A DNA stretch of 63,032 nucleotides, filler included, from Phoronis australis (Eukaryota; Animalia; Phoronida), in NCBI GenBank assembly GCA_002633005.1. It is 11 parts of 11 records of this genome, joined end to end, with 100 filler letters (N's around TTAATTAATTAA, not from the genome) between each part and the next. Parts side by side here need not be neighbours in the genome. Positions count along the whole stretch, not along the records: positions 51,348 to 55,403 come from NMRA01002727.1; positions 55,504 to 57,214 come from NMRA01003913.1; positions 57,315 to 60,943 come from NMRA01002933.1; positions 61,044 to 63,032 come from NMRA01000516.1; 7 more parts are not named here. The stretch is one strand, 5' to 3'. The notes beneath the pieces are model-generated. The model was given only the letters and a program-made list of their open reading frames with translations, was not told where the DNA came from and did not search any database. The position numbers were made by a program, and so were the translations under genes. This document shows, piece by piece, positions 52,042 to 63,032 of this stretch; position 1 is the first letter of the stretch, and each line of letters starts with the position of its first letter.

Positions 52042-54081
52042 NGCAAGGCTGTTCGCTGCGACAGGCAATGTGACAGGATCAAAACACTAGCAAACAACAG
52101 ATGATGTTGCCCTGCATTACCACATGAAGATTTGCATGCAGTCGAGATGTCGCCTCGTTCAATATGTAACTTTTAAAAAAACACAGCCTGTGCAGTTCAT
52201 TGTGGTTGCCCATATGATATAAATGTCAAAAAGCCTACATCTTGGTTACGCTTTCATTTCCAATGAGGAAATATACAGTAATATCTTCTGTGCTGGACAT
52301 TGATAGTAAAAGGAACAGGAAAATCACAGAAAATGTTTATAAAATAACTAGAGATCTAAATTTTTACTACAGACAGATAACATCAAAAGCATTGCTTTCC
52401 CCTGCAACTCTCAACAAATTCCTGGGCATGTTCCATAAATTCAGGCCTTCAGCTGACCATGAGCAAGCTGTGGAAGGTCCTTGACTTCATGAATGGTTTG
52501 CACTGACCCATGTATAGGTTATATAATGACTGCCTAGGAGATTTCAGGAAGGGAGGCTTGCATGGCTTTCTTGTGATACTCTGCAGAATGTTGCCTATAG
52601 AATGAACACCACTGTGTATACAGCAGAGGGGGTCACACAGAGGTTCAAAGAAACCAGGTATCAATGAGGAAAAGCACAATACTTAAAACATTTGGAAGTA
52701 ACATGATCAGTTTTATTCAACACAACATCTAGGCCAGAGAGCGTAGTGTGAACTGTTGCCAGTGAGAAGAGACAATTTCCTCCAATCTACATCCCTAAAT
52801 ATGCTATATGCCAAAAGCAAGTCAAAATATAAACTTAAGGGCATAAGTTATTAGATGGAGAAAGTCTGGTGGCCAGTCTCTTTGGGTGAGTTGGTGTCAT
52901 GACAATTCCAGCAAGCTACATTAGTTGACGAGATCGCCAATCAATGCCAAACGCATTTATTTCAATTGGTGGCCACTGAGATTTCCCTCTTGAAAACATT
53001 CCAAAAATGAATTTAGCAACTGTTAGCCACAACTCTTAGGCAGTGTCTAGACGGCCCCCCGCACAAGATTACCCAGAGACAACTTTCCTCCAATCAGCTG
53101 ACCTAAGCGATAAGGAGAAAGTCACTTTGTACACCTGTCGCAGGATGAAAGTGCTCTTGTAAGACCCATGCTGTAAGAACCGTACTAACACCTAGACATT
53201 GCTGCTCTTCTGAATAGACACTTGCACTGGGTTTTGTTGATAAAGTGTAAGTTGTAATACTTTGAAGAGGTGAGTGAAAGTTGCAACACCTGTGTCACGT
53301 TACACCAATTCCACTTTTGTCCACATGGCCACTTTGTTCCTAGGACAACTTGTACTGGGGCAAATTGCCTGTGTGAACACAGCTTTAGCATGCACAAATA
53401 TCCAACCAGTTTTATGTAGCCAGAGAGCTGACAAAACATCTGACAAAATTACCGTACATCCGAAATCCAATATTCACCTACTGACATCCATCAGAATTAA
53501 AAACATAACAGAGGGGTGACAGAATTTTACCAAAGGCTTATTTAATGCAAACACTTTGCGGTGTTAATTCTAGAAAGAAGTAAATAGACTCACTCAAAGG
53601 GGGCAGAAGAAGTGAACACGTGAATCAATTAATTTGGAATTACTCAACAAATCTTTTGCTCTCTTCTCAAAACAGGCTCCAACAAAATCCCGATAAGAAA
53701 ATCCTTCAAAATCCATTTGGTTTTTTAATAAAATCTACATTATCTGGGATTACGCTGTTCCCTAATTAAACACAAGAACAAACAACCCCGATGGGAAACG
53801 AATACCCAAAAGCAAACGTCAAGATTTCTGTTAAGGCTGATTGCAGCAATACATCTAGCACAGATTGTGATAAAATGAAGAACTACCAATTAAAAACGAA
53901 TTAGAAGGAGTGCAAACTGTCGTGGGTCTGTTCAGCGCATTTTTGTTAATACTAAGGATTAGCAATATTGTCTCATTCTGCCTTTACACATGATAACAAG
54001 TGCAAAGTGCAGCAGGGCTTAGAATGACAAATGACAAAAAAAGAAGATAACTTTTCAGGTGATGCAACCTTCCACAAATAA

Positions 54082-54726
54082 GCTTGTGATGGAAATATTT
54101 TTTGTGTAATAAGATTACAGAACAACTCTCTTGGCAACGGAAGTCAACAGGATGCCCATGAATTTTTACTATGGTTACTGAACCAATGGCACGTAGACAC
54201 ACTTGCTCACAACGATGATAATGTAACGTCTGAGGTCACTAGTACCTTCCAACACGTAAAGAAGCAAACTAGGAGCTGTAATAACTGCTCAACAACAAAG
54301 GAAAAAACACAGATAGACTGGGAGTTGACCGTCTACCTCCCAACTCTAAGGAAAGAAATAACTATGCAGGAGTTGTGGCACAGCTTGTGGACGTCGTTGG
54401 ACATCGAGGACTTTAGTTGCCCAAACTGTAATAGTCTCAGTGGCCAGCTCACATGGTCATTAGTAAAACCGCCAAAATACCTTTCTATTCATATCTTACG
54501 AACTGCGACTAATGGTGAAAAAATCAACACAAAGATTTCCTCGTATGACCTCTCCGGCTACAAAATAAAAGCAGTCATTGAACACCATGGAAGAAAGACG
54601 ACGGGTGGTCATTATACATGCTGTGTTAAATCGTCAGCATGGGAATGGATAAATTTTGATGACTCTGCAGTCACAAGTACATCCAAGCCTCCCCTGGATG
54701 CCTACATTGCAATATATGAATTATAA
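54082..54726 (+). pseudogene. Intronless ubiquitin-specific protease (peptidase C19) catalytic domain, 5' part decayed
   Basis: One open frame: QQDAHEFL, CNNC...CPNC zinc ribbon, PKYLSIHILR, YKIKAVIEHHG..TTGGHYT, WINFDDSAV, AYIAIYE; in-frame stops upstream and no intact Cys box. Confidence 0.85.
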
Positions 54727-55024
54727 ACCAACAAAGGAAATCAACATAAAAATATGGCGCAATTTCAACATCAACGTCGCATATCACATCTGACGCAGCC
54801 AAGTCAAGATATTTTTTGAAATTCATCCTGGTACGGGAATTGGGGATAGTTAGGCCTATAAAAGATCTTTAACCCAGCCGCAGAGCGTCTAAAGTCGCGC
54901 ACCGTACCAGTGACTGCTGGCAAGTCATCGGAGACTCAACTTTAACATCCTTCGCCGCAGAGATAACAACTCTTGGGCTGTCTCCGGTGAGTCCATTCTT
55001 TGTTGAATGATGTTTATATAAATT

Positions 55025-55403
55025 AGGAATCAGGAAAGGCTTATGCTGAAGTTGGAGACCTGCCGATTATTGGTAAAGGTTGGGTATGTAAAAGTTCAGA
55101 ACCAGCAAGATGGTACCCTTCTGGACAACTGAGTGAGGGGGCTAGAGAGAGGCAGAAAAGTCCACTCCCAGAAGATGTTAAAGAGAATTTGTAGCTTGAG
55201 GAACGATTCGGGGAAAAAGTATTTGCCAAAGATTACTGGCTTATACCACAACAGGTCCAAAGTAATTTGTTAAGATAGGCCACTCTCAGCAAATGTGGGG
55301 ACATTGGGACAGAGGAAGTGGAGTATACATTGAAAGAGGCAATCTGCGATTGTCAAGGATGTAGCATTGTAAAAATTCAAAGGGAGGAAACAGTACAGTG
55401 GCT
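55025..55403 (+). repeat. Dispersed repeat homologous to 43902-44296
   Basis: See 43902-44296; both copies begin at a ttag|GAATC acceptor-like site. Confidence 0.85.
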
Positions 55404-56140
55404 NNNNNNNNNNNNNNNNNNNNNNNNNNNNNNNNNNNNNNNNNNNNTTAATTAATTAANNNNNNNNNNNNNNNNNNNNNNNNNNNNNNNNNNNNNNNNN
55501 NNNTGAAGCCTTTCCCTGTTGAGCAGAAGATTAGTTGTGGCGTTCAGACGCTGTTGAGTCGTGTCTTAGTCGTGGGTAACAGCGCAACGTAATGTAATCG
55601 ATGTCTTTCAATAAGTCAAGCCTAACCAGCTCTCATTGACGAATACGGCTGCCCGACCATTTTGGTCAAACTTTTCAGTGACAGTCACGAATACAGTGAC
55701 TCTGTTTCGGACGTGGTCTTGTTGATGCTGGTCAGTTACTGCATCAGGTTTTGGAAACTTCTTGAACTATACGATATACATGAATTCAAATTCATTTGTA
55801 AACTACTGTACTTTTTATATTTGAACAAATCTTTTAATGAGCTGAAAAACGTCAAAATAAAATTGGCATTACAAAATATCCACGAAATGTACATGTGTAT
55901 TTATAGGTTCCTACAATTTAGGGTTTCTTGACCAAAAACGTCCCAAGTGTAAATGTGATGAGCTTTCAGCATTTGGAACAAAAGCAGTCTTTGCGGAACA
56001 CTGAACCACTGTTTGAGGTTATACTTTCATACTATCCACTGTTTAAGAGTCTAGTGAATATATACAACACGGAAACCGTATAATTATAGCCCAAAGAATA
56101 AAGGACGTTTGACAAATGTTGAGCTGTGAATGTAGAAAGC

Positions 56141-56720
56141 TTAAAGGAGAATGCCACCCGATTTAATTAGTCTTTTTACCGTCTTAATCGGTCTATATCC
56201 ACATCGCCTCTTATATGATCGACCTCACATTGCCTATACACTGTAGGTGTCGCGTTAACCTCTCAAGGAGATGAGAAACGACGCAGCGACGTCAGTGGTT
56301 CATCTGCAGAGTGAATGCTGCTATACTACGGTGCATCAAAAACCCGCTTGTCCGTACTATGAAGCTGCGAAGAAAGCGGGTATATCGTTTTTCGACTTCC
56401 TCGAGAGCCCGAAATGCTTGGGAAGTGGCTGGCAGTAGTGAAGAATGAAAAGTACGATTTTAATAGCAAGTATGAGGTCGTGAAACATCTCCATGTCTGT
56501 GGCCGGTATTCCGTCGACAGTGATTTCTACGACGAATTCCGGCTTACCAAAGAACTATCCATACGTTCCGTTGCCCGTGCATGTTCACGGTGCCTCTCTA
56601 GTATTTCTTGATCAGTGTATTCCGGTTCGAATTGATAGCCTGTAAAGCCTAACGACCCGACCCGTGAAGTCTTCGTCGGATGAGCTCTCGTCTAAGCCCT
56701 GATTGCGAGTTGCCATGCTG
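56141..56720 (+). mobile_element. Kolobok-like DNA transposon relic with degenerate THAP domain
   Basis: TTAA|AGGAGAATGCC terminus; frameshifted GISF-FRLPREPEMLGKWLAVVK...LHVCGRYSVDSDF...RLTK..IRSV (THAP pattern); antisense GYQFEPEY frame. Confidence 0.6.
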
Positions 56721-58241
56721 ACGTTTTTTATTCCGCATCCTGTTTCAAAATGAATTATTTTCATTCTAACAAATGCTTATATAAAACTGAAACAAAGTCT
56801 GTCTCATTAGATACAATTTTTAATGCTTTTGGAGTATTTGTGAGTGCAAAAGGTTTGAGAAGCCAGCAATGAAAAGTCCACTGCATACCGGCTTTAGATG
56901 CAATAAAGGTAATTGACCGGGTACCGAGGCCGTGTGAGCGCATGCTAATTCAGTGTTTGCTGACAGAAAGCTGTTGTGAAACAAGAACTCGATTTTATAT
57001 GGTATGGTCACATGTTAGGGGAATCTTTATTTAGATATACAAATACACTATACCAATCATTGTTACTGAGGAACCTATGCCCTAACGGTTCTGCGGAAGG
57101 GAAACCTGATTTCGCGGCCCCCGACAAATGAGTAGATTTTCAGTTTCGTGGATGATTCACTTAAATAATTACGTGCACATTATTTCTGTGGCTCACTATT
57201 ATAGTCTTTTCGTGNNNNNNNNNNNNNNNNNNNNNNNNNNNNNNNNNNNNNNNNNNNNTTAATTAATTAANNNNNNNNNNNNNNNNNNNNNNNNNNNNNN
57301 NNNNNNNNNNNNNNCAGGCAAATGTGAGTTTTATTTGTATGTTAGAACCGATTAACTGCAACATTATTTTGACTACAGTCCCCTTTTAAGCTTGCTTTCT
57401 ATTTTAGAGGTGATTTCTAGGCTTGTAAAGAACTGAAATTTCGCTACGGCTGACAAACCTAGCACGATCTAAAGCACAATTGATATATTGTCAGGATTTT
57501 GAGTGACGGCTTTACTGACCAATCAGAACGCAGCATTCTTAACGCACCTTCATATCCAAGACGTCATTTTACCCGACAAACAACATGTTGCTGGGTAAAA
57601 CTTATTGTTTGTTTGTCGACTTTTCCCAAAGGGGCGGAGCTTGCAATAGGTCAATTGTTCGACTCTTTCCAGACCCATAATCCATTCCTTTTCTCGGTAC
57701 GAAACAAGTTGAAACTAATTTTATAGCGGTACGAAGTCAAAAGTTGATCTCTTGACTGAAGGGTTTATGACATAAGGTTAAAAAGCTAGAGATACCTATT
57801 GTTATTGTTTTCCTGTTATCCAATAATTTCGCAACGTTACTTGAATGCACTTAGCCAACAAATTAACAACATGTTGCAAATTTGGTAGAGAAAATTGAAC
57901 AGGAAGAGAATTTTCAGAGGGAAAGCGTATGTTTTCGAAAAGAGAATGCCTTGTTTTGGATGCTTCTACAGCACTTGATTCACTTTACTGGCTCAGCAGG
58001 GTCAACTGCATAAGACATCTGATTGGTTTGTAAGCCAGAATTTGTCATTGACAACCACACATTTTGCTAAATTTATGGAGTGAATCTGGTGCAGTGTTTA
58101 GTAATCCACAAAAACTTGTCTTGTATTCTTGGGAACAGCTAGCTTGGGCATACCAACTACAAATTTGTTCATTACTTAATTTGACAACCCGCTATTTTGT
58201 GGTGTGGTATTCTTGTTGTTCAGCAATTCTCTGCCCAACAG

Positions 58242-58345
58242 GTTGGTGCCTGCATAATCAATGAAGATAAGAAGATAGTTGGTATTGGTTNTGTTACCAT
58301 GGGGACGTTCATCGGAAAATCCACTAGAAACAAAATATCCTTATG
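58242..58345 (+). CDS. DCTD: dCMP deaminase exon (internal gap at N58291)
   Basis: caacag|VGACIINEDKKIVGIG-[N]-LPWGRSSENPLETKYPY+G|gtatgt; matches DCTD VGACIVN..KIVGIGYNG...LPW...TKYPYV. Confidence 0.92.
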
Positions 58346-60892
58346 GTATGTCTTGTCGATTTGCAGGCCTTGTAAATAAGAAGTGGTCTTGCTGTGAAAG
58401 TAACTAACAATGTATGAAGCTTTTCTCGTTGATTGACTGGTGCATTATGAAGAGCGACAGTAAAATTAATTTGCTCTCTTACATTTTTTTTCAAAAATAT
58501 CCCGTCAACTGTGCAGTTGTTAAAAGTGCACTATTAAAAAACAACTCGTCATTTGGTCTTGACATATGTCTTACTCAGCTTAGAAATTGTCTCTTGGCTC
58601 ATCGAAAAGCTAACAGTTGTTGGTGGCCAGGCTCAACAGGTATTGCCCCGGTTGTTCATTGTGCGAGACGATCTTTTAATCTAACGCTGGCTTGGTCTTT
58701 CCTCAGCCCAGAAAAAAATCCTGATCTAAGTAACACTAACTGGCCAAAATCAAGTTTCAACGGGAGATGGATATATAGAGGCTGGTGTATTGTATTAAAG
58801 CAAAAAAGTGGATTCGTGTGTAATTATCTTTTGGCGTGTAGTGTGCAAGTACACAAGACCAAGCAAGAATATGCAAATTCTAAGCATATTATCTACTCAC
58901 TTGTTACTTGCTTAGTGAAGAACCGTAAGTAGAAATGAAGAAGATTAAAAATTTAGATTTGTTTGTATTATTTTAACCAAAAAACTTGAGCAATGAAGTT
59001 AGATTAAAAGTAACGATTTATTTGGTTGGTGGTGTGTTTACTTTGTTGGTTCTGACTATCTCTGGTTAAATGCGTACTGTTGTGAAAATGGCAAAGTGTG
59101 AAAATCTTCATATTCCGAGCTGTGAAGAAAGTAGCTTCTGAAAGAAGGGAACCCTGTTTTCGCCACGCTATTCTGATGAATGGCATTGTCTTATCGCAAA
59201 GCCTAAAGGAGAGTCAAATTTATATTGCAAGTTGTGTAGCACTTTTTTTGTAAGTTAAGCAACTGGGGGAAGCACCAACTATACACAGTTTCAATACTGA
59301 AAAGTTTGAATTTTTTTTATGTTTGATCTCTATGCAAAAAGCTGCCAATTTACTAAGAAATCTGCAAATCTGGTGTCCGAAAAACTCAAAATAAAATGCT
59401 CTTTTGCTAGTAAACAGGTGTGTTAGTAGCTCATATGTGATTGTGAGGTTGGGAATAACCACTGTCTTGTGATACAATACAAGGCAAAAGTAATTCGACA
59501 AAATACAGTTTTCCTGGACCGGAGGCTAATTCTGTTAACAGTAGAATGTACTGGCAATAACTATTAGGGCGGCAAAATTCTTAAATGGTGAGTAGCTTAG
59601 TCAGATGACTAACTTTCCTGTTAATTCTTCTTCATGAGGGGAGACAACTCTGACAAAGAATTTGGCATCCGCCCAGCTGTCACAATGGGAAACTGAAAAT
59701 CATTTTGTCTGTCATTCTTTTGGCTTGCATTGTAGTTTATTTTTGAGAGTGTTAATTGTTTCTTGGTTATGGTCTGAGGGTGGAAGCCAACTACACTACA
59801 ACAGGCTCTTGATCCTCTTGGTTGCATTTGGGGCTGGGGTGCAGATTAACCTGACACGTAAATCGTTGATCTGCTTCAGAATATTGCAATTTTGCCATGA
59901 GGTTTCTTTAAATGTTTATTATGAAATATTCAGTACAGTAAATATACTTGGTATTACCCAGAAAGTGCCAAGAGGCATTGCATCTGAGTTACAAGGTTTG
60001 AGGATGAACATCCATTAAAATTACTATATGGCTTTCACAAGTAGTTGATGAGCTTTTAATTTGACTGACTTGTTAATGAACGGATGCGAATCAAAGCTAA
60101 GTATACGATCAGGTGACAAATTACCATAGTCACATACATATGGACTGGTCGGTTTTCAGGGTTTATGCCAAAATGCACAGTTGGTCGTGGTCTCTCTTTT
60201 TTGAAAATCAAGTTGGTGGTACAGTATTTTTAGTTGCTTTTTTGTTAACATATTTAATCCACGCAAAATAGCAAAAGTGAGTCAAAATCTGTGTTTTTCC
60301 TCATTGTTTGGTAAATTAAGGTGCGTAAAATCTTACTTGCTATTGCTTAATATTTGTGCAGCTTTCTAAAAACAAATACGTGATACCTTGCCTCAAATTG
60401 ATGCGGGTGGCATTTTTTTAGCCAGTGAGCTCAGTTCTTTGACAGAGTTCAGAACTAACAATGTTTTTTATGTTTAGCCTTCCGTTAGTTTTCTTAAAGA
60501 AATTCGAAGACTAATTGGTTCATCTTAGCTGTAAAAATTGTGATGAAAAAGTCGAATAAAATTTTGAGCAAGTAAGTTGAGAATGTGTGCGCCAGAATTT
60601 TTCTGATATTACTGCGGAGAGTGTTGCATGTCACAACTACAAGTGAGGGGGACATTGATACTTGATATAATCTTGTATTGCCTTATGAAATACTCATTTT
60701 TACAGTATGGCAACTTACCGTAATATGAGTTATAACTAAGTGGTTCTCTTCAGGGGAGAGCTCTATGACAGTATAGCAGCACCATCTACAAATCCTATCA
60801 CGTAACAAGAGAGGATGTGTCACTTTTTTGTGAAAACAGCTGAACATTGATTGTTTTCTTTAACTACTGAAAGTAAAACCTCTTGTTTTCAG

Positions 60893-60943
60893 TTTGCCAT
60901 GCAGAGCTGAATGCTATTTTAAATAAGAATGCCGCTGACGTGA
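60893..60943 (+). CDS. DCTD: dCMP deaminase next exon, cut by scaffold end
   Basis: ttttcag|(V)CHAELNAILNKNAADV; HAE zinc-binding motif; in phase with previous exon. Confidence 0.92.
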
Positions 60944-61045
60944 NNNNNNNNNNNNNNNNNNNNNNNNNNNNNNNNNNNNNNNNNNNNTTAATTAATTAAN
61001 NNNNNNNNNNNNNNNNNNNNNNNNNNNNNNNNNNNNNNNNNNNAT

Positions 61046-62378
61046 TCGTAACGGAACTGTGGCTAAGTATAGGCTCTCCCGCGATATCCCAGGCGACCGG
61101 CAGTGGCGCTGCGCACTACGACTCCGTCGTCTGCTCCACTGTGCAATGAAGAAAATTTACTTCATTTTTTAATGAAACTGGAACCTGAGTGACGATGGAA
61201 AAACAGAAGCTGCTGGTAAGATGTGAATTTTAATCGAAGTCTTAGTGAATCACTCAGAAACTCATAATTCTCTCTTTCTCAAACCTTAACTTAAGACGAT
61301 TTTCAAAGCAATCCCGTCATTATTGCCAACACGAAAAACGGATATGGACTTTTGGGCATTTTAGGACTATTTTAAATACAACAAATTTCGTGGTGGTGTA
61401 GTAGTAAAGCACGTGCGCTCTATCCGTTAGGTCGTGAATTCGAGTCTCTGGTACTTGCAGGTTTTCCTGTATGACACGTTCTCCGTGTTTTTTTTTTTGC
61501 CTGTTTTTCTTGGGTAATACTTCAGGAACCAAGGAAAATGCTTGATTTTTAGAGGAAAAAACAGGAAAATTTCCTGGGCGGGAAGGGATCCCCTCTCCCG
61601 ACCCCCCATTCGGTGCTATGCGCATCTACAATCGTGGTTTGCGCAAATGCTTACAGCCGGACAAAATGTTGGGCCCCCCTTGTGATATCCTAGATCCGCC
61701 ACTGTAGTGCATCTAATAACCGAAATGTTGTTTAATTTTGCAGGTAAAATGGGATATCTGATACACCCAAGTTCGAAATTTTAGATTTTTTCGGAGTAGT
61801 GAATCTTCGGAATAGTGAACCTTCAGAGTACGATCACACACTCGAACTCAAGACCTGGCGCATAGAACGCGCGTGCTTTACCACTGCACCACCCGACGTC
61901 TTCAGTCACTCATGTTCTTGATAACAAGAGATCTACTTGTTTATGGTCCACAGCGTTTGCGCGCGAAACCTACTTCTTTTTGTAATGCTTATTACACTTT
62001 TTATATTTGTGCAAATAGGTCGTAACAAATTTGTTGTATTTAAAATAGTCCTCAATTGCCCAAAAGGCCAAGTCCGTTTTTTGTGGTAATGACGCGATTG
62101 CTTTGGAATCGTCAAAGTTAAGTTAAGGTTTGACAAAGAGAGAATTATGAGTTTCTGAGTGATTCATTAAGGCTTCGATTAAAATTCACATCTTACCAGC
62201 AGCTTCTGTTTTTTCATCGTCACTCAGATTCCATTTTCTTTAAAAAAATGAAGTCTGAATTTTCGTCATTGCACAGTGAAGTACTAAGAAGACGGAAACA
62301 GAGTCGTATTGCGCAGCGCCACTGCCGTCGCCTGGGATATCGCGGGAGAGCCTATACTTAGCCATAGTTTCGTTACGA
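61046..62378. mobile_element. Large inverted repeat (about 400-500-bp arms), each arm ending inwardly in a tRNA-like segment; MITE end in the spacer
   Basis: 61046-61450 is the diverged reverse complement of about 61840-62378; tRNA-like tggtgtagtagtaaagcacg...gaattcgagtc (61389-61450) and its mirror; 61590-61703 matches the 6068 family. Confidence 0.8.
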
Positions 62379-63032
62379 TTGAGCCGTGTTCCGAATTTGA
62401 CACTTGAAATTGGATCTGAGCCCGGCCGACCCCAAAACACTAAAACTGCACACATTTAAATCTTGTTTCCGCCGTATAATGTGAATTACCGGGGTTAATT
62501 AATAGACTCAACATATCCCTACGTTCTTGCTGTTTTATTTTTTNGGTCCCCCCCTAAATCCGCCTATGCAACAACAGCGTGTGATGCGTTTATTCACTTA
62601 TAGTCGTGTTTGATGATTTAACTCTACAACTAACCACTAGGTGATCTTAATAAACAAAGGAACAACTATCATAATAACACTGTCAATCTTTCTCTTGTAA
62701 TCGCCAGGCTGACTTTTGCAAACGTCAAAGAAGGATTCTACACTAAATTTTTCACAAGGAATTTGATTTCAGAAGCCAAATACGTTAAAAAATGCCAGTT
62801 TCTATCCATAACATTTCAATTTATTTCACTCTTTCGGATAGTATTCACTGAACTAGTTGGCGACAAATTCTGTGTGAAAATATTTATTGAAAGCCCTACA
62901 ATTATGTTCAGATTTACCTGCCAGTGGCGGATTTAGAGGGGGGTCAAGGGGGCCATGCCCCCCTAAAATTCTCTCAGATTCCATTTGACAGTTCGTGGGT
63001 GCGAATGTCTGACGGCCAAAACCCTCGCTAAT

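Noticed and set aside
53920-53946. WVCSAHF resembling a THAP CSxHF motif upstream of the USP
   Set aside because: Isolated and flanked by stops, with no other THAP residues; more likely chance or a decayed USP Cys-box region
51348-54726. Gypsy element carrying a USP gene
   Set aside because: The integrase ends at a single-N gap (52042) followed by unrelated sequence; no LTR or continuity links the two
58414-58932. 172-aa ORF (likewise 33077-33538 and 43808-44320)
   Set aside because: Lies in the DCTD intron (the others in repeat or AT-rich DNA), with no motifs or splice support; chance ORFs
21989-60999. Recurrent TTAATTAATTAA palindrome as a biological repeat or CRISPR-like array
   Set aside because: Always centred in exactly 44+44 Ns, so it is an artificial linker
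15235-61900. Functional tRNA genes at the tRNA-like segments
   Set aside because: A/B boxes are present but acceptor and anticodon stems do not pair cleanly, and they are embedded in repeats

Overview
Eukaryotic, intron-rich, repeat-rich animal DNA. A marine invertebrate, possibly a deuterostome such as a hemichordate, is my inference from gene and repeat style. The window is not one locus: it is 11 sequence pieces joined by ten identical 100-bp artificial spacers (N44-TTAATTAATTAA-N44), plus real gaps and single-N joins. Recognisable genes: (1) five phase-consistent minus-strand exons (8770->419) of a signal-peptide-bearing protein of unknown function, plus a terminal exon (17325->17140) of a probable tandem paralog; (2) two FRAS1 CSPG-repeat exons (39990-41018); (3) two dCMP deaminase exons (58242-60943). 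Degenerate coding relics include a Gypsy integrase, an intronless ubiquitin-specific protease (C19) and a THAP domain overlapping an antisense YQFEP-motif reading frame behind a TTAA|AGG end (Kolobok-like). The rest is non-autonomous DNA elements (several CA...TG families with exact 5- or 6-bp TSDs), Helentron/DINE-like elements, tRNA-derived SINE heads and foldback repeats. No rRNA, bona fide tRNA, CRISPR array or prokaryotic operon is evident. Most ORFs in the supplied track are spurious.
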